DNA of 20,146 nt, from contig CAZTOS010000042.1 in the NCBI GenBank assembly GCA_964615185.1, positions 1 through 20,146 on the forward strand, written 5' to 3'. The stretch comes from an uncultured Thermococci archaeon. GTDB lineage: Archaea; Methanobacteriota_B; Thermococci; Thermococcales; Thermococcaceae. Below the pieces are notes generated by a model that did no database searches, had not been told where the DNA came from, and saw only the letters and a list, made by a program, of their open reading frames with translations. The position numbers and the translations under genes are program-made. Positions 8,074 to 17,252 of this stretch are shown piece by piece (position 1 is the first letter of the stretch; each line of letters begins with the position of its first letter).

Positions 8074-8158
8074 TCAACTCACCTTAGTTAAAGAGGAAGC
8101 ACTTGAGTTAATAAGATTTTGGGAGAGGTTTATAACCTTAAGAAGCAGAGTTAAGTAC

Positions 8159-9679
8159 ATGAAAATCCTTCTCGTAACAGGAAAACTCGCTGAGCCGTTG
8201 GTGAGAAAATACGGTAAAGGCTGTGATGTATTTGTAACTCCAGTTAGCGTAGCCGCTTTTTTAACGCCAAAGCTTATAGCTCACTATCTAAGAAAGGCAG
8301 GAATAAAAAGTGAAGATTACGATTTAATTATAATCCCAGGTCTCGTTAGAGGGTCAGCTCAAATAATCGAGGATGAGCTTGGGATTCCAGCATTTAAAGG
8401 ACCAAGGTATGCTTTTGACTTGCCTCAAGTTTTGAAAGCGTTGAAGGAAGGCTTCAAGCTGAGCAAGAAAGTTCCTGCCGATGATCTCTTTCAACGGGAT
8501 GCACTTAAGAAGGTTGAGGATGTCAAAAACAAGACGAAAAACAAAGTTTACATTGAAAAAGCCCTCAAAAAGCCTCATAACTTCTTAGTTGGAAATTTGC
8601 CTGTTGGTTTTGACTTCCCACATAGAATCCTGGCTGAGATAGTTGATGCACCAAAGCTTAGCCCTGATGAGATAATCAGCAAAGCAGTTTATTATCTCGA
8701 GAGTGGAGCGGACATCATAGACATCGGCATGGTAAGTGGAGAGACAAATTTGGACTTTATCGAGCTGATTCCAGAAGTTCGAGATGCTCTGAGGGAAAGA
8801 GGATATGATGCTCCAGTAAGCTTTGATTCCTTAAACACGAAGGAAATTGAAAGAGCTTTGAACCTTGCTGACTTGTTCCTCAGCATTGACGAGAGCAACC
8901 TCGAGGAGCTTGTGACTGAGAAGCCAATGGTTTTAATACCTACAAACCAGAAAAAAGGATTCTTTCCGAGAAATCCACATGAGAGAGTTGAGTTTTTGGA
9001 AATGCTCAAAGAAAAAGCCCTTGATTTAGGTTATAAACGAATTATCCCCGATCTTATTCTTGAGCATATCCCTCATCTGGCTCGTTCAATAACTGCTTTT
9101 CAACTCTATCGTGAGAGAAATCCTAATGACGTGCTTTTAGCTGGCGTTGGTAATGTGGTTGAGCTAATCGATGCTGATAGCGTTGGGATAAACGCAGTTA
9201 TGGCGAGTTTTGCCAAAGAGCTGAAAATTTCTCTGCTTTTAACCACAGAAGTTAGTCCCAAATGCCGTGGAAGTGTCAAAGAGCTGAGGAGGGCTTTGGA
9301 CATGATGCTCTTCGACATGCCCAAGGATTTAGGTTTTGATCTGCTGATTTTGAAGGAAAAGAGGAGTGAGAAAGTTGAGTATGAAGTTAAATCCCCTATA
9401 ATTGAAGCCAGAGAAAGGAAAGTTAGGCTGGAGGATATTTATTTCAGAATTTTTACAAAAGAGAACAAAATCTGGGTAATTGCTCACAAAGGAACTGGGC
9501 AGATTTTGACGATAGTGGGAGAAGAGCCGAATGCAATAATTGACACAATTTTAGAGCACTTCCAAATCTCACCAAGGCACGCTTTTTACCTTGGAAGGGA
9601 ACTTGAGAAAGCCAAAACCGCTTTAAAATTGAAACGCTCTTATGTACAGGAGGTGGAGCTGTTCAAGAAGTTCTACTGA
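8159..9679 (+). CDS. Dihydropteroate synthase-like (pterin-binding) protein with DUF4346-like C-terminus
   Basis: MKILLVTGKLA start, LAEIVDAP, GADIIDIG, GVGNVVELIDADSVGIN, HAFYLGRELEKA...YVQE; TTTATAA about 25 nt upstream suggests a leaderless ATG at 8159. Confidence 0.85.
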   Translation: MKILLVTGKLAEPLVRKYGKGCDVFVTPVSVAAFLTPKLIAHYLRKAGIKSEDYDLIIIPGLVRGSAQIIEDELGIPAFKGPRYAFDLPQVLKALKEGFKLSKKVPADDLFQRDALKKVEDVKNKTKNKVYIEKALKKPHNFLVGNLPVGFDFPHRILAEIVDAPKLSPDEIISKAVYYLESGADIIDIGMVSGETNLDFIELIPEVRDALRERGYDAPVSFDSLNTKEIERALNLADLFLSIDESNLEELVTEKPMVLIPTNQKKGFFPRNPHERVEFLEMLKEKALDLGYKRIIPDLILEHIPHLARSITAFQLYRERNPNDVLLAGVGNVVELIDADSVGINAVMASFAKELKISLLLTTEVSPKCRGSVKELRRALDMMLFDMPKDLGFDLLILKEKRSEKVEYEVKSPIIEARERKVRLEDIYFRIFTKENKIWVIAHKGTGQILTIVGEEPNAIIDTILEHFQISPRHAFYLGRELEKAKTALKLKRSYVQEVELFKKFY

Positions 9680-9802
9680 AAAGCTTAAAAATTGAGAAAT
9701 AAAACAGTTTAATGGCGGGCATGTGATGACTTTTCTTTTTTCAAGCCTTGCCCTTTAGGGCGGGGTACAGGGTTCAAAAAGAAGGCAACAAACAGGGAAA
9801 GT

Positions 9803-9846
9803 GAAAAGTATTTAAACTATTAACACCATAATACACTATAGGGTGA
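9803..9846 (+). promoter_or_regulatory. Internal IS promoter with candidate RHH operator and RBS
   Basis: GAAAAGTA-TTTAAA, direct repeats ACACCATA (9823-9830) and ACACTATA (9833-9840), RBS GGTGA 9842-9846. Confidence 0.55.
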
Positions 9847-9852
9847 TTAATT

Positions 9853-10008
9853 GTGAAAAGGCTCGACGTGTACATCCCCGACGAACTGGACAAAAAGTTC
9901 AGAGAAATCGTTAGAAGAAAGTACGGGAACAGAAGGGGCGCCTTGAGCATAGCCGTAGAACAAGCAATTAGAGACTGGATCAAAAAAGTCGAGGAAGAGG
10001 GAGAATGA
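9853..10008 (+). CDS. Ribbon-helix-helix (CopG/Arc/MetJ-like) DNA-binding protein, 51 aa
   Basis: Manual translation MKRLDVYIPDELDKKFREIVRRKYGNRRGALSIAVEQAIRDWIKKVEEEGE; alternating beta-strand, PDEL helix, S-x-x-V-x-x-AI helix; GGTGA RBS; ATGA overlap with tnpB; below the ORF-track size cut-off. Confidence 0.88.
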   Translation: MKRLDVYIPDELDKKFREIVRRKYGNRRGALSIAVEQAIRDWIKKVEEEGE

Positions 10009-11320
10009 AGAGGAGCGTAACAGTAAAACTTCAACCCTCAAAAGAACAAGAGAGGATCCTTTTCGAGATAGCCCAAGCAACAGCGCTAATCTGGAATAAA
10101 ATCAACTATGAGAGATTAAAACAGTTCAAAAAATTCGGCAAAATAAACTTCACGACAACAGAAAAAGAAGCCTATTACACCTTCAAAGACTGGATTGGCG
10201 GCTCAACAGTCCAACAACTGGCCAGAAAGAACGCTGAAGCCTGGCGGAGCTTCTTCACCCTCAACAGAAAGAAAAAGAAGGGAGAACTCTCCTCTTGGTT
10301 CAAGCCCAAGCCACCAAACTTCATCAAGGAAAAGCACGGGAGAAAACTCTTCATTATACCGTTAAGGAACGATCAGTACAGGATTGAGGGTAACGTTATC
10401 GAGCTGAGGCGCCTCGGAAAGTTTGGACGATTAAAAATCCAGTTCAAGGGTAGAATTCACTTGAAGGGTAAACAGGGAAGGCTTGAAATTGTTTACGATG
10501 ATGTTAAACGCAAGTGGTATGCTCACATTAGTTTTAATGTTGAAGAGAAGTTGTCCAAAAACGGTTGGGTTAGAATTCCGAGAGAGCCGAAGGGGGACCT
10601 CTCCGCAGGAATTGACTTGGGAGTAAACAACTTGATGGCTGTTTATGTAGAGAACGGTGAAAGTTTCCTCGTGAATGGAAGACCATTAAAGAGCATAGCA
10701 TTCTACGGGCAGAAAAGAATAGCAGAGTACCAGTCGAAACTCAACAAGTCTGGTGCTAAAACGAGTAGAAAACTCAGAAGAATGCATGAAAAGGTTAAAC
10801 TCCAAGCAAAGCACTACATTAACACCGCAGTTAGGCAGACTGTTGAAAGGCTCTATCAATTAGGCGTTAGCAGAATTGTTGTTGGGTATCCAAAGGAAAT
10901 CGCAAGAGAACCTAATAAGGGTAAAAAGCAGAATTTTATCCTCTCTCACGTGTGGCGTTTCAATTACGTTATCAAACGCTTAACTGAAGTCTCGGAAGAG
11001 TATGGTATTCAAGTTGTAATTACGGATGAAGCTTTCACTTCTCAGCTTTGCCCCGTTTGCGGGAAGCCCCACGAAGGGGCCCGCTTCGTTCGTGGATTGT
11101 TTAAGTGTCCCGCAGAGAGGGCGTTGTAATGAACGCTGACTTGGTTGGAGCGTTCAACATTTTAAAGAAGGTTGTGAAAACCATAACCCCGAGCCTTCTG
11201 GGTTTAGCGGGAGGTAGGGGTAATTGGCCGAAGACCCGGCCAGAGGGGTTCGAAGAACCCTTTGTAAAGGGTTCTCTAATGAGAACCCCTCAAACCTCCC
11301 CATCACTGGCGAGGGGTTAA
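10005..11320 (+). pseudogene. tnpB: RNA-guided nuclease TnpB, frameshifted before RuvC-III
   Basis: RuvC-I AGIDLG, IVVGYP, DEAFTSQLCPVCG zinc-finger region; MNADLVGAFNI (RuvC-III) lies in another frame after the AGAGAG run at 11114-11119; removing 2 nt gives a 437-aa ORF. Confidence 0.9.
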
Positions 11321-11380
11321 TTTGTTGGAACCCTCGCCGTTCACGGCAGGGAGGAGGTCGGATAAATATAGGTTTAGCCG
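11190..11380 (+). ncRNA. TnpB omega-RNA (reRNA/sotRNA) scaffold plus flanking guide
   Basis: Hairpins 11225-11242, 11243-11251/11283-11291 enclosing 11254-11275, and the right-end hairpin; ACCTCC 11294-11299 complementary to GGAGGT 11353-11358 (pseudoknot); 5' end and guide length are estimates. Confidence 0.72.
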
Positions 11381-11469
11381 CATATATTAGAAAATTTTGC
11401 AGGTTATTAACGTATTTTTTGACGAAACCATTATTAACTTAACAAAATTAACCAATCTTGGTGATGCCA

Positions 11470-12417
11470 ATGGTAGTTAGCTTGGCTGGAAGAGATATTC
11501 TCTGCTTACAGGACTTTACAAGAGAAGAAATAGAGACAATTCTCGAAACAGCAAAGATGATGAAGATTTGGAATAAGATAGGAAAACCTCACAGAGTTCT
11601 TGAGGGCAAAACTTTAGCCATGATATTCCAAAAGCCCTCAACAAGAACAAGAATCAGCTTTGAAGTTGGAATGTATCAGCTCGGAGGTTATGCCCTCTAT
11701 TTAAACGCCCAAGACCTCCAACTGAGAAGGGGAGAAACGATAGCAGATACTGCCCGTGTATTGAGCCGATACGTTGATGGCATTATGGCAAGGGTTTACG
11801 CCCACAAGGACGTTGAAGACTTAGCAAAGTACGCAACTGTTCCTGTAATCAATGGTTTGAGTGACTTCTCACATCCATGTCAGGCTTTGGCAGACTACAT
11901 GACAATCTGGGAGAAAAAAGGAAAGATTGCCGGTGTTAAAGTCGTATATGTTGGAGATGGAAACAACGTCTGCCATTCTCTCATGATAGCTGGAACGAAG
12001 CTTGGTGCAAATGTTGTGGTTGCTACACCAGAAGGATATGAACCAGATGAGAAAGTCATTAAGTGGGCTGAGAAGAACGCTGCTGAGAGTGGTGGAAGCT
12101 TTGAGCTTCTGCATGACCCAGTTAAAGCTGTAAAAGATGCCGATGTAATTTACACTGATGTCTGGGCTTCAATGGGACAGGAAGCTGAGGCTGAGATGAG
12201 AAGGAAGATATTCAAGCCATTCCAAGTCAACAAGGAGTTAGTCAAGCACGCAAAACCTGACTACATCTTTATGCACTGTCTTCCAGCACATAGGGGCGAA
12301 GAGGTTACAGATGACGTAATTGACTCACCAAACAGCGTTGTTTGGGATCAGGCAGAGAACAGATTACATGCCCAAAAGGCAGCTCTGTCCTTGATTATGG
12401 GTGGTATTAAGGTTTGA
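11470..12417 (+). CDS. argF: Ornithine carbamoyltransferase
   Basis: STRT, HPCQ, DVWASMG, HCLP, QAENRLH; ATG at 11470 after GGTGA. Confidence 0.97.
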   Translation: MVVSLAGRDILCLQDFTREEIETILETAKMMKIWNKIGKPHRVLEGKTLAMIFQKPSTRTRISFEVGMYQLGGYALYLNAQDLQLRRGETIADTARVLSRYVDGIMARVYAHKDVEDLAKYATVPVINGLSDFSHPCQALADYMTIWEKKGKIAGVKVVYVGDGNNVCHSLMIAGTKLGANVVVATPEGYEPDEKVIKWAEKNAAESGGSFELLHDPVKAVKDADVIYTDVWASMGQEAEAEMRRKIFKPFQVNKELVKHAKPDYIFMHCLPAHRGEEVTDDVIDSPNSVVWDQAENRLHAQKAALSLIMGGIKV

Positions 12418-12419
12418 TA

Positions 12420-12438
12420 CTCCCTTCTTTTCTTTTCC
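12420..12438 (+). terminator. Pyrimidine/T-rich archaeal terminator of argF
   Basis: CTCCCTTCTTTTCTTTTCC directly after the stop codon. Confidence 0.45.
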
Positions 12439-12474
12439 AAAACTTCTATAAATGAAAGCTGAGATTACTCAACC

Positions 12475-13407
12475 ATGCTCGAAAGACTCTTCAGCCTTGG
12501 ATACTCAAAGACTTTTGCTGAACGATATTATCAGCTCTGGGGAGAAAGAGTAGTAAAAATAGCTGAAGCTATGGAAAAGCCCCTACCAAGATGTTTTAGG
12601 GTAAATACACTTAGAATTGAAATCCCAAAGCTTACTAAGTTGTTGAACAAAAAAGGCTTTCAGTTTAAGAGAGTTCCTTGGGCAAGAGAGGGATTTTGTT
12701 TAACGAGAGAGCCATTTTCAATAACTTCAACCCCTGAATACTTAAGCGGTCTCCTTTACATTCAAGAAGCATCTTCCATGTATCCGCCCATTGCTCTTGA
12801 ACCAAAGCCAGGAGAAATCGTTGCAGATATGGCTGCTGCTCCGGGTGGGAAAACCTCTTATATGGCTCAACTTATGAAGAACAAAGGGGTAATTTATGCC
12901 TTTGATGTAGGAGAAGAAAGGCTAAAGGAAATGCGTCTCAACTTATCCCGTTTGGGAGTTACGAACACAATAATATTCCACAAATCCTCGCTTTACTTGG
13001 GCGAACTTGGAATTGAGTTTGATAAAATTCTTCTTGATGCTCCATGTACTGGAAGTGGAACCATTCACAAAAACCCAGAGAGAAAAGCAAACAGAACACT
13101 GGAAGATGTTAGATTCTGTCAGAACTTGCAGATGAAACTAATTAAAGTCGCTCTGGAAAATTTGAAAAAAGGTGGAATTTTAGTTTACTCTACATGCTCC
13201 CTCGAGCCAGAGGAAAATGAATTTGTAATCCAATGGGTTTTAGATAACTTTAAAGTTGAATTGTTGCCCCTCCACTATGGTGAACCCGCTTTAGTTAAGC
13301 CCTTTGGAGTTGAATTGAATGAAGAGATTATAAAAGCACGCCGTTTCTATCCAGACAAACACAATACAAGTGGATTTTTTATTGCAAAGATTATGAAATT
13401 AGAATGA
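12475..13407 (+). CDS. NOL1/NOP2/Sun (RsmB/RsmF) family RNA m5C methyltransferase
   Basis: RVNTL, YIQEASS, DMAAAPGGKT, LLDAPCTG (motif IV), YSTCS (motif VI), GFFIA. Confidence 0.95.
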   Translation: MLERLFSLGYSKTFAERYYQLWGERVVKIAEAMEKPLPRCFRVNTLRIEIPKLTKLLNKKGFQFKRVPWAREGFCLTREPFSITSTPEYLSGLLYIQEASSMYPPIALEPKPGEIVADMAAAPGGKTSYMAQLMKNKGVIYAFDVGEERLKEMRLNLSRLGVTNTIIFHKSSLYLGELGIEFDKILLDAPCTGSGTIHKNPERKANRTLEDVRFCQNLQMKLIKVALENLKKGGILVYSTCSLEPEENEFVIQWVLDNFKVELLPLHYGEPALVKPFGVELNEEIIKARRFYPDKHNTSGFFIAKIMKLE

Positions 13408-13500
13408 GTGCAACCGGGGGAAATCATATTAATCGAGCACTCTTCAGCTGATCATCCAGAACTCATTTTTTGTAAATGCCCTAGTTCCCATCAAGATTAA
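13408..13500 (+). pseudogene. Possible remnant of a DUF257-like gene
   Basis: Reads VQPGEIILIEHSSADHPELIF then degenerates; recalls the (K)PGETVLVEYSS...PELLF N-terminus of Thermococcales DUF257 proteins; the 330-bp gap is unusually long. Confidence 0.4.
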
Positions 13501-13736
13501 AAATCGGTTTGGATGATTATAGTGCTCATGTGTGAGCGTTCAACCAAGCACAATGCACAACCAAAGACATTATGGAAGTAGGATAAAAGTGCATAATCTT
13601 CTTCTCGTCACTTCTAAGCAATATTTCTGGAAGCTTTCTCCTTCTCAGAAAGTTAGGTAAATTAAACCTCATCTCTTCCAATTTCAAGAGAGCATTATAT
13701 ATACCTATTGGATTAAAAGTGAAGTGGTGAAAAAGG

Positions 13737-15463
<1,727 letters not shown>

Positions 15464-15558
15464 GATACCATGCTGAAAACTAAACATACCTTTCTTTCAA
15501 AAATTTTTTAAATGAGCAAATCAAACTCCACTTAGAACGCTTATTGGAGGTTTGGAAA

Positions 15559-15969
15559 ATGGGAGACAAAACTAAAGTTCAGGTCAGCAAGCTCAAACCT
15601 GGGAGATATATAATAATCGACGGAGAGCCATGCAGAATCGTAAACATCACAGTTTCATCACCAGGAAAACACGGCTCAGCAAAGGCAAGAATAGAAGCCG
15701 TTGGTGTATTTGATGGAAAAGTTAGGAGTATAGTCAAGCCAACAAGTGCTGAAGTCGATGTTCCAATAATCGACAAGAGAACTGGACAGATTATTGCAAT
15801 AACACCGGATACTGTTCAGCTCATGGATATGGAAACCTATGACCTCTTTGATGTCCCCATAGACACAGGGGTTGACGATGAAATCAAAGACCAGCTTAAA
15901 GAGGGTATTAATGTTGAATACTGGGAAACCCTTGGAAGAGTCAAGATCATGAAAATTAAGGGGGAGTAA
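15559..15969 (+). CDS. eif5a: Translation factor aIF5A
   Basis: Hypusine-site motif [20 protein letters not shown] at 15559 after GGAGG. Confidence 0.97.
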   Translation: MGDKTKVQVSKLKPGRYIIIDGEPCRIVNITVSSPGKHGSAKARIEAVGVFDGKVRSIVKPTSAEVDVPIIDKRTGQIIAITPDTVQLMDMETYDLFDVPIDTGVDDEIKDQLKEGINVEYWETLGRVKIMKIKGE

Positions 15970-16050
15970 TTTAGTTCCGCTTCCTTTCTGAATTTTTGTA
16001 AACCCTAAATCTTATAATCTAAATTCTTGACTTCTTCTTTGGTGATAGGA

Positions 16051-16908
16051 ATGGAGTTCTTTTACACCTATGAGACCATAAAAACTGCTCTACCTCTAAT
16101 TGATGCTGAAAAGGCTGATTTTGTAATATTTGGCGTGCCTTTTGATTCAACTACCTCATATAAACCCGGAGCAAGGTTTGGCCCCACTTTAATAAGACAA
16201 GCTACAATAAATCTTGAGAGTTACATTTTGGATTATGACATCGATTTATCCGATTTAAAAATCGCGGATATTGGTGATATAGAAATTGCAGCTGGAAACC
16301 CACTTGAGACAATAAAAAGAATAATAGAGACAATAAAGGAGCTCGGAGAATCAAACCCAAAAGCCATACCCATAATGCTGGGTGGGGAGCATTCAATGAC
16401 ATATGCTCCAGTGAGAGCTCTAAAACCAAAAAGCTACATTGTTTTTGATGCTCATTTAGATTTAAGGGACGAATATGAAAGCAATCCATGGAACCATGCA
16501 TGTGTGGCGAGAAGGATTTCAGAACTTGGAGTAGATATAGCAGAATTTGGAATAAGAAGCGGTATAAGAGAAGAAGTCAAATATGCTAAAGAAAAAAACA
16601 TAAGATGGATACATGCGAGAGATTATAGCCCTGAAAAGTTTAAGGAGATTGTAAAAAACATGCCTGAGCCCATTTATATTTCAATTGACATTGATGTATT
16701 TGACCTATCAATGGTTCCATCAACTGGAACGCCTGAAGCCGGGGGCTTGGGATTTTGGGATGTTGTAGAGGCTCTGGAGTGGCTCACAAAAGAGAAAAAG
16801 ATTGTTGGTTTTGATATCATGGAGGTTGCTGGAACTGAGCTTGGAGATATTACCGCATTAACTGGAGCAAAGCTGATGTTCTATCTAATTGGAATGCTGT
16901 CAAGATGA
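16051..16908 (+). CDS. speB: Agmatinase / aminopropylagmatine ureohydrolase
   Basis: GVPFD, PGARFGP, GGEHS, DAHLD, SIDIDVFD, TGTPEAGG; ATG at 16051 after GGTGA. Confidence 0.93.
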   Translation: MEFFYTYETIKTALPLIDAEKADFVIFGVPFDSTTSYKPGARFGPTLIRQATINLESYILDYDIDLSDLKIADIGDIEIAAGNPLETIKRIIETIKELGESNPKAIPIMLGGEHSMTYAPVRALKPKSYIVFDAHLDLRDEYESNPWNHACVARRISELGVDIAEFGIRSGIREEVKYAKEKNIRWIHARDYSPEKFKEIVKNMPEPIYISIDIDVFDLSMVPSTGTPEAGGLGFWDVVEALEWLTKEKKIVGFDIMEVAGTELGDITALTGAKLMFYLIGMLSR

Positions 16909-16940
16909 TTTTGGTTTATAATCTTCTCTTGTCATACTTC

Positions 16941-17219
16941 TTATGCCTTCAGCCTCAAGAAGTTTTCCCTTAAAATTGGAATTCAGAGGGTTTCCACAAT
17001 CACGGATACAAGCACAGTGATTACAGTTGCACTTAGGATTAGCTCCTCCCGCTGAATCATCTGCTGATTGTTATATATCAAGCCAAGTGCTGGGCCAGAT
17101 AGGATTCCAAAACACACAAATAGAGGAACATAGGATATGTTGAACTTTCTGCTTATCAATATTCCAACTGCAAGAACCATAAAAAGATGTAAGCTTAGGC
17201 ATTAGTACATCGATGTCAT
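16941..17219 (-). pseudogene. Internally deleted cation:proton antiporter (CPA1/NhaP-like) remnant
   Basis: GGTGAT RBS and ATG followed by an early stop; ISRKFNISYVPLFVCFGILSGPALGLI (antiporter TM1-2 pattern) joined to ELILSATVITVLVSVIVETL*IPIL (last-TM pattern). Confidence 0.62.
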
Positions 17220-17252
17220 TTAGATCACCGCATTACTTGATTAGGATTCAGA

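Larger units (their letters stand above)
9731..11361 (+). mobile_element. IS200/IS605-family non-autonomous element (RHH gene + tnpB, no tnpA)
   Basis: TGAC cleavage motif 9727-9730, guide CAAG 9742-9745, left hairpin 9746-9765; right guide GAAC 11328-11331, hairpin to about 11351, terminal TCGG 11358-11361; tnpB inside; no terminal inverted repeats or target duplication. Confidence 0.9.

Noticed and set aside
9721..9730. GTGATGA as the C box of an sRNA split by the IS
   Set aside because: The reconstructed empty site has no CTGA D box at a suitable distance
9774..10080. Two minus-strand ORFs at the IS 5' end as a possible divergent tnpA
   Set aside because: No HUH/Tyr or serine recombinase motifs; they are antisense shadows of the plus-strand RHH gene
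10884..10886. Calling TnpB a catalytically dead TldR-like repressor because RuvC-II has Gly
   Set aside because: A compensating Glu (E342) and both Asp residues are present, matching the rearranged active-site type
11224..11442. 72-aa ORF crossing the IS right end
   Set aside because: Chance ORF over the omega-RNA and host flank, with no recognisable motif
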